Source: an uncultured Desulfobacteraceae bacterium (lineage in GTDB: Bacteria > Desulfobacterota > DSM-4660 > Desulfatiglandales > HGW-15). From it: 64,000 bases of DNA. Position 1 is the first letter of the stretch; each line of letters opens with the position of its first letter. Below, piece after piece: positions 20,315-28,961 of this stretch. The notes under the pieces are model-generated. The model was not told the origin of the DNA. It was given only the letters and a program-made list of their open reading frames with translations, and made no database searches. The stretch is taken from contig CAYQNR010000003.1 of assembly GCA_964418945.1 (NCBI GenBank), forward strand, positions 24,125 through 88,124, in the 5' to 3' direction. The position numbers were made by a program, and so were the translations under genes.

Positions 20315-22234
20315 CTAATAATCGACCGAAGGGAAAAGCTTCCTGTCCGTGTGGGGAATGAACATGGCCGCCACATATTCATCCATGAACGGCTGATAAT
20401 TAGACAGCTCGAGATTGGTCATGTTTTTTGCCACCCACAGGGCACGTTCCATGGTATGCGTCGATAAAAGGCACATGCGGGCGCCCATAAGGGAGCTGTT
20501 GCCCACGAACTGTATCCTTTCCGGATCAATGTCCGGTAAGAGCCCTATGCCGATCGCTTTGGGTATATCCAGATAGCTCCCGAAACCGCCGGCCACATAG
20601 AAAATAGAGATATCCTCAAACCCCAAACCCACATAATCCATCAGGGATTTTATGGCCGCAAACACCGCTCCCTTGGATCGAATCAGATGGCTGACGTCCG
20701 ATTGGGTGATGACAATATCCCGGCCTGTTTCCGTTTGGTCGGCAGGGGCTACTAGGAACTGGATCTCGCCGTCTTTCTCCAGGAACCTCTCATCCTGTTC
20801 AGAGGGTCGAAATTTGCCTCCCCCGTCGATGAGATGATTTCGGGCCAGTTCATACAGGCAGTCTATCAACCCTGAACCACAAATACCATTGACCTTTGAT
20901 TTGCCGATAGTTTCATACTCTACCTGGCCGTCGGAGATTATAAGCTTCTCAATAGCTCCCCCGGTAGCACGCATTCCGTGGGTGATACCCCCGCCTTCGA
21001 AAGCCGGCCCGGCAGAGGCGGAGCAACACAGCATCCAGTCATTATTTCCTATGGCTATTTCGCCGTTGGTCCCTACATCAATAAGAACCTTGATTTCAGG
21101 TCTGTCGGCAATTCCGCAGGCAATGACCCCGGACACAATATCCCCGCCCACATAGCTGGCCACTCCGGGCAATACCTCAAGGATGGCCTCCGGGTGAATG
21201 TTAATCCCGATTTCGGCGGCACGCACCTGGGGATATGCATTCACAGTGGGCACATAAGGATTCAGACGAATCGAGCAAGGGATCAGAGAAAGCAGCAAAT
21301 GGCTCATGGTGGTATTTCCCGCCGCCACCATGCAGGTAATTTCGCTGGGATCAATCCCCTTCCCCTCTATAAGCCTGTTTATTAGTTGGTTTATATTCTT
21401 CACCACGGCCCTGTGTAAGGGATTGAGCCCTTCATCCTTGCCGCATGCGTATATCATCCTGGAGATGACATCCTCGCCAAAACGGGACTGCTGGTTGTAG
21501 CTTCCGGCCACGCTGAGAACATTTCCTGATTTCAGATGGATCAACTGGGCAACGATGGTTGTAGTGCCCACATCTACCGCAAGGCCATAGTTCTTCTCAG
21601 TAGTGTCCCCTCCCTCCACCTGCAGAATTCTATGGATATCGCCGTGTTTGGCAATGGTTGCCGTTGCCTTCCACTTGTTACTCCTCAATTTGTAGGCAAG
21701 TCCTTGAAGACAACGCAAAGAGATCTCGAAATCTTTATATCCCGTCTTCTTCCTCAACCCCCTGACGACCCGATCAATATCACTTATATTGTCATCAATC
21801 GAAGGTTCTTTGACCTCCACATAGATCTTTTGCACCAGAGGTTCATATAACGTCATGGGGTCGACGGCAACCCGGTGGAGAGAGATCTTCTCCGGTTCAC
21901 CATATTCAACGGGGGTGTGCTCCAGGAGTATCTGGGCTTCGGCAAGACGGGATTCGGCCGGGATCAACACCTCCATGTCTGAATCCACCTTTGTCTGGCA
22001 GGCAAGGACATAGCCTTCCATAACCTCTTCCTTGGACAGCAGGCTTATGGAGTGCTTATCTGCGCGTATCCTGCCGTTGCTTACTTTGACCCGACACCTC
22101 CCGCAGACGCCTTTCCCCCCGCAGAGATTATTGATATGGACCTCCGCCTTTTCCGCGGCCTCCATCAAGGTCTTGCCTTTTTCGATCTCCACAACCCTAT
22201 CATCTGGTAAGAATGTTACCTTACACGTTTCCAT
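20315..22234 (-). CDS. ASKHA/DUF4445 reductive corrinoid activator (RACo/AcsV-like) with N-terminal 2Fe-2S domain
   Basis: CGGKGVCGRC...LACQ, AVDVGTTT, FGEDVISR, AGNTTM, VGGD, DVGTNGE, AGPAFEG, GICGSG, AGGFG, GNSSL. Confidence 0.92.
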   Translation of the reverse strand: METCKVTFLPDDRVVEIEKGKTLMEAAEKAEVHINNLCGGKGVCGRCRVKVSNGRIRADKHSISLLSKEEVMEGYVLACQTKVDSDMEVLIPAESRLAEAQILLEHTPVEYGEPEKISLHRVAVDPMTLYEPLVQKIYVEVKEPSIDDNISDIDRVVRGLRKKTGYKDFEISLRCLQGLAYKLRSNKWKATATIAKHGDIHRILQVEGGDTTEKNYGLAVDVGTTTIVAQLIHLKSGNVLSVAGSYNQQSRFGEDVISRMIYACGKDEGLNPLHRAVVKNINQLINRLIEGKGIDPSEITCMVAAGNTTMSHLLLSLIPCSIRLNPYVPTVNAYPQVRAAEIGINIHPEAILEVLPGVASYVGGDIVSGVIACGIADRPEIKVLIDVGTNGEIAIGNNDWMLCCSASAGPAFEGGGITHGMRATGGAIEKLIISDGQVEYETIGKSKVNGICGSGLIDCLYELARNHLIDGGGKFRPSEQDERFLEKDGEIQFLVAPADQTETGRDIVITQSDVSHLIRSKGAVFAAIKSLMDYVGLGFEDISIFYVAGGFGSYLDIPKAIGIGLLPDIDPERIQFVGNSSLMGARMCLLSTHTMERALWVAKNMTNLELSNYQPFMDEYVAAMFIPHTDRKLFPSVDY

Positions 22235-22293
22235 ATGTTAAAGAATTCCCTCTAAAGTAAATACCAAAATAGCTTATCAAGCATAGTGTTTTA

Positions 22294-22575
22294 TCAAAAC
22301 AGTTCGTCCAGGCTATCTTGGTCCATTTTCAGCCAGACCCTGTACAACCTTTCCCCGGCCTCCTCGAAACACTTGAATCCTCTTGAGTCTATCTCTTCCA
22401 CCTGCACCTCTCCCAGCTCCTTGAACTGTTCAAGCCAATTCTTACAGTGCTCCCCGCCTCCGAAATAGATCTTCTGCCACCTTTTGCCGTCTTCATCGAT
22501 ACGCTCCCGGACACGGTCCTCTTCGGCCATACGTTCCTGAATGGTTTGGTCCTTTTTCCCCTCACCCGGATCCAT
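22294..22575 (-). CDS. conserved hypothetical protein
   Basis: 93-aa ORF co-directional in the operon, AGAGG RBS; no family recognised. Confidence 0.6.
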   Translation of the reverse strand: MDPGEGKKDQTIQERMAEEDRVRERIDEDGKRWQKIYFGGGEHCKNWLEQFKELGEVQVEEIDSRGFKCFEEAGERLYRVWLKMDQDSLDELF

Positions 22576-22602
22576 GTTCCTCTTCCTGATCTTTTGCCCT
22601 TT

Positions 22603-22851
22603 TTATTCCCTGGTCATGGCTGATCCGCACTTGGGACATTTCTGCTCATAACAGGCTTGCCCCAGCTGATGGGGTGCTTTTTCACCGCAATTGGGACAAA
22701 CGCAATAACCGCCCGGTCCAGCCGCAAAACCGCCTCCCAGGCCTTGTCCGCCGCCACCACCTCGGCCGCTGCCCGCGCCGCCTCTACCACGCATTCCTCT
22801 TCCTGTTCCTGGTCCCTGACCCCTAGGGCCCGTTCCGTCTCCTCTGGGCAT
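22603..22851 (-). CDS. Gly/Arg-rich DUF5320-like protein with C-terminal zinc ribbon
   Basis: MPRGDGTGPRGQGPGTGRG, then CVCPNCG...CPKCG. Confidence 0.8.
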   Translation of the reverse strand: MPRGDGTGPRGQGPGTGRGMRGRGGAGSGRGGGGGQGLGGGFAAGPGGYCVCPNCGEKAPHQLGQACYEQKCPKCGSAMTRE

Positions 22852-22903
22852 ATTGGTTAACCTCCTTTAATCAAACATTTTATGAAGCCAAAAGCTTCCC
22901 GAT

Positions 22904-23770
22904 TCATATCCCAAGGGCCTGTGCCACACCATCCCATAATTTTCTGACAGCCTCGGCCCCCTCGGAATGCCCGTCATATTCAAAGATATTCTTTCCCTGT
23001 ACCATAGACTTTGTAAAAATCGGATCAAAAGGAATTCGGCCCATTACCTTGATCTGCCTTTCCCGGGCAAAGTCTTCTATGGCCAATGCCTCATCAGGAT
23101 TAAGATCAAATTTGTTGACACAGACCATGGCCGGGATCTTGAAAAAGGCGGCCAGGTCCGCCACTCGCTCCATATCATGCCTGCCCGAGACCGTCGGTTC
23201 AGCCACGATGAGCACCGCCGTGGCCCCGCCAAGAGAGGCGATCACCGGGCAACCTATCCCCGGAGGACCATCCGTGATAAGCATATCCAGATTGTTCTTT
23301 TCCACAAGCTTCTTTCCTTCCTGCCGGATAAGGGTCACCAGTTTCCCCGAGTTTTCTTCCGCAATGCCCAGCATGGCATAGGCCATGGGGCCGAAGCGGG
23401 TGTCGGCGATAAACCACTCCCCGCATGTGTTAAGGGGAAAGTCAATTGCCTCTTCAGGACAAAAATAATAACAGACCCCACATCCCTCGCACTGGATCGG
23501 GTCCACTACAAACTCTTCGCTAATCGCATTCCACCTGCACAAATCTCTGCAAAGGCCGCATTGTGTACATTTATCCTGATTGACGACGGCGGTATGACCT
23601 GACTGAAAATCATGGCGCTCCCTGACCTGAGGATCCACAATCAAATGAAGATCAGCCGCATCCACATCCGCATCGCAAAGCACCTTATTCCTTGCCAGGG
23701 ACGCGAAGGCCGCCATGATGCTCGTTTTCCCTGTACCGCCCTTTCCGCTTATAACAACCAGTTCTTTCAT
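22904..23770 (-). CDS. MinD-like P-loop ATPase with 2x[4Fe-4S] insert (Orange-protein complex Orp3/4-like)
   Basis: SGKGGTGKT, DADVDAADL, CTQCGLC..LC, CEGCGVC...CP, ENSGKLV, DGPPGIGCP, EPTVSG. Confidence 0.9.
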   Translation of the reverse strand: MKELVVISGKGGTGKTSIMAAFASLARNKVLCDADVDAADLHLIVDPQVRERHDFQSGHTAVVNQDKCTQCGLCRDLCRWNAISEEFVVDPIQCEGCGVCYYFCPEEAIDFPLNTCGEWFIADTRFGPMAYAMLGIAEENSGKLVTLIRQEGKKLVEKNNLDMLITDGPPGIGCPVIASLGGATAVLIVAEPTVSGRHDMERVADLAAFFKIPAMVCVNKFDLNPDEALAIEDFARERQIKVMGRIPFDPIFTKSMVQGKNIFEYDGHSEGAEAVRKLWDGVAQALGI

Positions 23771-23889
23771 CCCAAAATACCCCGCCTTACTTTTTTGTTT
23801 ATAAGAGTGCATCTATCATGGACTTGATGGTTGACTCGGGCACAGCCCCTATGACCTGATCCGCCTCTTGTCCTTTTATAAACCCCTTC

Positions 23890-24735
23890 CTATTTCCGAC
23901 GGGAAGCGATTTCTTCAATTTGATGCAATAGATCCTTGAATCTCTCCTTCCACTCCGGGAAGGCCTCTACGATCATCTCTCCCTTTGAGTAGGCCTCCGC
24001 TATCTTACGATCAAAAGGGATCTCCATCAAAATGGGCATCCTCTCGGTATTTGCGTATTCCCTGACGTGATCATCCCCTATGTCGGACCGGTTGATAACC
24101 AGCCCGCAGGGGATCTTCAGGATTTTCACTGCTCCCACGGCCAGCTTGAGATCGTGCAGACCGAAAGGGGTTGGTTCCGTAACCAGTAAAACAAAATCCG
24201 CATCCTTCATGGAGGCAATTACAGGACATGAGGTCCCGGGCGGGGCATCGATAATAGTCAGGACACCCGGTCGGGTATATTCCCGCACCTTTCTGATCAG
24301 AGGGGGTGACATGGCCTCCCCTATCCTTAACCTTCCGTGTATGAATTCCAGGCCGTCCCTATGTCCATACTCAATCACCCCAAGTTCCCGATCTACTTCG
24401 GTGATAGCCTTCTCGGGGCATACCTCCACACACCCTCCGCAACTATGGCAGAGTTCGTGGAAGGGCAAAACAGTTTCACCAATAACCACAATGGCCTTAA
24501 ACTGGCAGATCTCGCCGCACTTTCCACACAGGGTGCATTTTTCCATATCCACCTCGGGTACTGGCGTGGATATAGTTTTAGTGCCTTCAACCAAAGGCCT
24601 GATAAAGAGATGACTGTTAGGTTCTTCCACGTCACAATCCAAGAGCTGAACGTCGTTTTCAAGTGATGCGGCCAGATTGGTAGCCACGGTGGTCTTTCCG
24701 GTCCCTCCTTTTCCGCTTGCTATGCTGATGATCAT
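23890..24735 (-). CDS. MinD-like P-loop ATPase with 2x[4Fe-4S] insert (Orp3/4-like partner)
   Basis: SGKGGTGKT, DCDVEEPN, CTLCGKC, CHSCGGC, DAPPGTSCP, EPTPFGLHDL. Confidence 0.9.
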   Translation of the reverse strand: MIISIASGKGGTGKTTVATNLAASLENDVQLLDCDVEEPNSHLFIRPLVEGTKTISTPVPEVDMEKCTLCGKCGEICQFKAIVVIGETVLPFHELCHSCGGCVEVCPEKAITEVDRELGVIEYGHRDGLEFIHGRLRIGEAMSPPLIRKVREYTRPGVLTIIDAPPGTSCPVIASMKDADFVLLVTEPTPFGLHDLKLAVGAVKILKIPCGLVINRSDIGDDHVREYANTERMPILMEIPFDRKIAEAYSKGEMIVEAFPEWKERFKDLLHQIEEIASRRK

Positions 24736-24811
24736 CTGTCGCTCCTGTTGTCTTTGTTAAATCTCGTTATCATATACATTATTGTCAGACCCACGGGTAA
24801 AAGGGACCCCC

Positions 24812-25342
24812 TCATCCATTTTCCATATCCCTGATCCTGGCTTCAATGGACTCTATCTGGTTGCGCAGATCCACAGCCATTTTCTTCAGGTCCTCTATCT
24901 TCTGTTTGCGGGAGGAATCGCCTATATCTACAGCCGTTTCCGGGTCCATTGACTGGCGAAAGCCCCCGCCTATGCCCCGCCCCATCCCGAAATGGCTCTG
25001 GGCGCTCGGGGCCGAAGAATAGGTCAACTTTTCTGCTTTAAACTGCTCAACCGCCTCCCGGACACGGCCGGAGACCCCGGTAATCACCTGGATACCCGCG
25101 GCCCCGAAGGTCCGGAAGGCATTGGGCCCGCAATTGCCGGTCAACACGACCGACACACCCTTGCTCGACATCAACTGAGCTGACTGGATTCCTGCGCCCC
25201 CACCCAGTGAGATATTGGGGTTCTGGATCGACTCTATTTCCATGGTCTCCGGTTCCACAATCAGAAAATAGGGACACCTTCCAAAACGGGCCTCCACTGT
25301 ATCCTCCAGTTTTGGCCCAGTGGATGTAACAGCTATCTTCAT
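24812..25342 (-). CDS. NifB/NifX-family (MTH1175/Orange protein-like) with coiled-coil tail
   Basis: MKIAVTS, RFGRCPYF, GGAGIQ, TGNCGPNA. Confidence 0.9.
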   Translation of the reverse strand: MKIAVTSTGPKLEDTVEARFGRCPYFLIVEPETMEIESIQNPNISLGGGAGIQSAQLMSSKGVSVVLTGNCGPNAFRTFGAAGIQVITGVSGRVREAVEQFKAEKLTYSSAPSAQSHFGMGRGIGGGFRQSMDPETAVDIGDSSRKQKIEDLKKMAVDLRNQIESIEARIRDMENG

Positions 25343-25406
25343 ATTTCTTGTCTCCTGTGATTGAAATACACTACTACTCTAATCATTATCTATGTCTTTT
25401 GCCAGA

Positions 25407-26384
25407 TCAATGTCCTTGTTTTCTACTGGGCTGCTCCGGCGCCGCCTTATCCTTCCTCCTTACGGCCGTATAATACACGGTATTGTTTTTCCGTTCCTCC
25501 CTGATTTGACCCAAGCGCATCAGATTGCCGAGATATTTTGAAACCTCATTAATATGCATCCCGAATGCGCTGGCGATCTGACCGGCCGTGCAAGGTCGAC
25601 GTCGCAACATAGACAGGACAGTCTCCTTATTTGCCTCTAACTTAAGATCTTTCTCTAAATTAAATTCCGCAATTACTTCCGCATTAGGGTGAAACAGGGG
25701 GCAAAGAGACAACATACGGTCCATGGAGAGGGGCTCGGCAAATCCTTCCGCCGGCGGCCTCACCGCCGTATTGATCTGGATCCGATCCGGCTTGATCTCA
25801 CCCGCCAGGGAGGCAATGCGGCTTACATCGGAAGGCGTGGAGTTCATTCCCCAGACCAGAAAGACTTCCATCCACAGTCCGCCCCGGAATTGTCTCCGAA
25901 AGGCCTTCTGCCCTTCCACCAGCTGGTGGAATTTCAATTGTGGATGTGGACGATTTACCCATTCATAAGATGCCTGGTCCCAGGCGCTCAGGGAAACCTT
26001 CACGATATCGGCATGTGATGCCGCATCCCTTACTTCAGGGAGATAAAGCAAGGTCCCATTGGTCAAGAGAACAGCAGGGATAGTACTTTTTGCCCGTATA
26101 AATTGGAGCACCTCCCCGAAGCGCGAATGGAGCGTGGGCTCGCCTGAACCGGAAAGGGTTATATAATCCGCCTCTTCTTTTGTTTTCAGCCACTCATCGA
26201 TCTCTTGGATAACATCCTCCGTAGAGACATATTCTTCCCGGTTGATGGTCTTGTTTGTGGTTCTCCCCAACTGACAGAACACGCAATCCAGATCGCATGT
26301 CTTGTAAGGTGTCAGGTCCACACCCAGCGATCTCCCCAACCGTCGAGAAGGCACAGGGCCGAATATGTTTTTCCTCTCTGCCAT
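25407..26384 (-). CDS. radical SAM protein (COG0731-like) with C-terminal HTH
   Basis: FGPVPSRRLGRSLG, CDLDCVFC, SGSGEPTL, LTNG, QINTAVRPP. Confidence 0.88.
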   Translation of the reverse strand: MAERKNIFGPVPSRRLGRSLGVDLTPYKTCDLDCVFCQLGRTTNKTINREEYVSTEDVIQEIDEWLKTKEEADYITLSGSGEPTLHSRFGEVLQFIRAKSTIPAVLLTNGTLLYLPEVRDAASHADIVKVSLSAWDQASYEWVNRPHPQLKFHQLVEGQKAFRRQFRGGLWMEVFLVWGMNSTPSDVSRIASLAGEIKPDRIQINTAVRPPAEGFAEPLSMDRMLSLCPLFHPNAEVIAEFNLEKDLKLEANKETVLSMLRRRPCTAGQIASAFGMHINEVSKYLGNLMRLGQIREERKNNTVYYTAVRRKDKAAPEQPSRKQGH

Positions 26385-26398
26385 AGATCCGTTTTTAT

Positions 26399-26651
26399 CT
26401 ATAATGTTGTATCGTTACCAGTTTCACATCCCGGCATTCTGTAATCTTTTCTATAAATATTGCCGTTAACATACGCCTCAAGGATCTCGTCAACAGCACC
26501 CGCTGCAAACGATACAATCTTGATCCCGCGCCTCTCCGCCCAGCACCCTGCCTTTCTCGTCCTTGAGTAAAGAGGTACATACCACCACCGGGATCCGGCG
26601 TTTCTGGCTATCCACAATATATGTAGAGGTATCAGCAAAGGCCTTTCCCAT
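26399..26651 (-). pseudogene. chimeric remnant: PAS-domain fragment fused to NifB/NifX C-terminal fragment
   Basis: Frame 1: MGKAFADTSTYIVDSQKRRIPVVVCTSLLKDEKGRVLGGE (PAS C-terminal strands). Frame 2 from about 26535: RRGIKIVSFAAGAVDEILEAYVNG...YRMPGC (NifB/NifX tail). Confidence 0.65.
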
Positions 26652-26709
26652 TTGCTAGTCGACCTCCAGTGAAAACCTGGACATAAAAGAATTAAATTTA
26701 AAACGTAAT

Positions 26710-26738
26710 AGTATACTAAATATATCAACATAATTCAA
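26710..26738 (-). promoter_or_regulatory. sigma70-type promoter facing the remnant and the ATPase operon
   Basis: Minus strand TTGAAT, 17-bp spacer, TATACT. Confidence 0.55.
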
Positions 26739-26827
26739 TATTAAACCTCCCCAAACACCCAGCCTCGGCTTGAGGTGCTGCCAGTGTCCATGATGGATAA
26801 TTTGGGAAAATCAAGGCCCTAAAAAGA

Positions 26828-27139
26828 TGGTTCATCCGGTTAATGAGTACACCTAATTATAAAAACCTTTTAACCTTGGAAAGGGTCATGGTGTCTTTTC
26901 GGAGTGACTGGCGGAAGGCCTTCGTCATTTCAGGATGTTAGAGAATGGGGGACCCCCTGGCCCCGAGCGGAAGCGAGGGGAACAGCGGAGGGGGGAGGGT
27001 TCACCCGTCTCTAACATCTTGAAATGACCAGGCCGTGAGACTTAGAAACGGAGAAAAGATACCATGGCCAGTGGCGGCTTTTAGCACTAATTTTGAATAT
27101 ATTTACCCCTTCTATCGTACTCGTTAACCGGATAAACCA
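26828..27139. repeat. non-coding element: 23-bp terminal inverted repeats around a 186-bp palindromic cassette (MITE/REPIN-like)
   Basis: TGGTTCATCCGGTTAATGAGTAC (26828-26850) vs GTACTCGTTAACCGGATAAACCA (27117-27139), 21/23; inner arms 26924-26944 / 27008-27028, 20/21. Confidence 0.8.
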
Positions 27140-27171
27140 AAAAATAATGAGCATAATATGTAAAAAAACTA

Positions 27172-27199
27172 TTGACATTTATTGGATAAATTCTATATT
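27172..27199 (+). promoter_or_regulatory. sigma70-type promoter of the DUF134 operon
   Basis: TTGACA (27172-27177), 16-bp spacer, TATATT (27194-27199). Confidence 0.55.
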
Positions 27200-27218
27200 A
27201 TGGGCATACGCTCATAAT
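27197..27218. promoter_or_regulatory. operator-like palindrome
   Basis: ATTATGGGC-ATAC-GCTCATAAT, arms 8/9 complementary, overlapping the -10 and the likely start site. Confidence 0.45.
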
Positions 27219-27229
27219 AGGAAAAAGGA

Positions 27230-27568
27230 ATGCCAAGACCTAGAAAGCCAAGATTCGTTCAGGGACATCCTATTGTGGAGGCCTTTGTCCCTGCCAGCAC
27301 GCCTCCATGGGGCAGAAAAGAGGCCTTTCTTACCATTGAGGGGCTTGAGGCCATCAGGTTAATCGATTTTCAGGGGATGGATCAGGAGACAGCCGCTAAG
27401 ATGATGAATGTCTCTCGCCAGACCTTTGGGAGAATCTTGGCTGAGGCCAGGGCAATTGTTGCTGATGCCCTGGTTATGGGCAAGATACTCAGGATAGAGG
27501 GTGGACATTTTGACATGCCGCCCAGAGGAAGGGGCCGGCACGGCCGCGGTTGGGGCGGCAGATTTTAG
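27230..27568 (+). CDS. DUF134 (UPF0251) HTH DNA-binding protein
   Basis: MPRPRKPR, EGLEAIRLID, QETAAKMMNVSRQTF.RIL..AR...ADAL..GK..RIEGG. Confidence 0.92.
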   Translation: MPRPRKPRFVQGHPIVEAFVPASTPPWGRKEAFLTIEGLEAIRLIDFQGMDQETAAKMMNVSRQTFGRILAEARAIVADALVMGKILRIEGGHFDMPPRGRGRHGRGWGGRF

Positions 27569-27587
27569 AGAAAAGGAGGTGTTTATT

Positions 27588-27980
27588 ATGCCAGGATTGA
27601 ATGGAACAGGACCCAGGGGCGAAGGCCCCATGACCGGTGGTGCTCGCGGTTATTGCAACCCGGCCTATGCAGGTTACGGTGCCCCATATGGCCGAGGATA
27701 CGGACTAGGCGGGGGTAGAGGTTTCAGGAGAGGCTCCGGACCCGGCTTCGGTTGGGGCCGCGGCTACGGTTATGGAAGAGGTTTTGGCCGGAGAGGTGCT
27801 TATCCTCCTGCCGGAGGATGGTATGGACCAGCCTACGATGCCCCGTATGGAAACCCCTATGGCATGAAACCCGAGGATGAAGTCAATATGCTTAAGAACG
27901 ACGCATCAGCCATAAAGGACGAACTCGATGCGATAAACAAACGTATCGAAGAGATTGAGTCGCAATCTTCGGAATCATAA
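27588..27980 (+). CDS. DUF5320-family protein
   Basis: MPGLNGTGPRGEGPMTGGARGYC, GRG repeats, C-terminal coiled coil; AAGGAGG RBS before ATG 27588. Confidence 0.88.
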   Translation: MPGLNGTGPRGEGPMTGGARGYCNPAYAGYGAPYGRGYGLGGGRGFRRGSGPGFGWGRGYGYGRGFGRRGAYPPAGGWYGPAYDAPYGNPYGMKPEDEVNMLKNDASAIKDELDAINKRIEEIESQSSES

Positions 27981-28115
27981 TCATGACCGAGGGGAAAATA
28001 GTGGCCGGGCCTAAGGATACCTATCTCAAGATATCTTATCCTGGGCCCGGTGCCTCTAACTGGCCGGCATATAACAGATAACGGTTAACAGAGACACCGG
28101 AAAGACGGCGAAAAG

Positions 28116-28961
28116 ATGAGGAATATTTCAACAATAATCTCCAAGGTGCTTCCGCCCGCCATATTAATACCAATAGTATTGATTACATTTTCATTGCAAT
28201 ACAATCAGGCATGGACAGGGCCAGTCCATAAGGACACAGCACAGCTTGTAATAGTCTATGACAACAATATATGGGAACAGGGTTTAACACCCGCCTGGGG
28301 CTTTTCATGCCTGGTAATCCTTCCTGAATATCGTATCCTCTTTGATACAGGGGGTGACCCCTCCATATTGCTTGAGAATATGGATGAGATGGGTATTGAT
28401 CCCGAAGACATAGAAAGCGTGGTACTATCGCATATACACGGGGACCATATAGGCGGCCTTTCAGGGTTGCTTTCCCATAAAAACCGTCCCGTCACCGTCT
28501 ACCTCCCTGAATCCTTCCCTCATAACACCAAGGAACAGATAGCCCTTATGGAGGCCGATATTAAGGAAGTGGGAGGCCCCTTGATGATCCATCCGGGTGT
28601 TCACACTACCGGGGAACTCGGGGAGACCATAAAAGAGCAATCCCTTGTCCTTCAAACCCGCAAAGGCCTTGTGGTTATTACCGGTTGCGCTCACCCCGGT
28701 ATCGTGGAGATCGTTGATTTCGCCCGAAGCCATTTTAAGGAAAATGTCTATCTTCTTATCGGCGGCTTTCATCTCATAGGAAAATCTCAGAATGAGATAA
28801 AAGGAATCGCGGAGCAGTTAGATAAACTGGAGATAGACAGGATAGCTCCATGTCATTGCAGCGGAGATACGGCAAGGGAGGTTTTCAGGGATTATTATGG
28901 AGAAAACTACATTGAATGCGGGGCGGGCCTGGTATTGAATATTCCGGATATTAGAGAATGA
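28116..28961 (+). CDS. MBL-fold metallo-hydrolase (COG1237-like)
   Basis: VYDN, WGFSC, LFDTG, SHIHGDHIGG, GCAHPG, GGFH, HCSG. Confidence 0.9.
   Translation: MRNISTIISKVLPPAILIPIVLITFSLQYNQAWTGPVHKDTAQLVIVYDNNIWEQGLTPAWGFSCLVILPEYRILFDTGGDPSILLENMDEMGIDPEDIESVVLSHIHGDHIGGLSGLLSHKNRPVTVYLPESFPHNTKEQIALMEADIKEVGGPLMIHPGVHTTGELGETIKEQSLVLQTRKGLVVITGCAHPGIVEIVDFARSHFKENVYLLIGGFHLIGKSQNEIKGIAEQLDKLEIDRIAPCHCSGDTAREVFRDYYGENYIECGAGLVLNIPDIRE

Noticed and set aside
26924-27028. Integron attC site (GTTAGAG / CTCTAAC arms)
   Set aside because: The order is GTT..first and ..AAC last, the reverse of the RYYYAAC...GTTRRRY attC layout; no gene cassettes or intI seen
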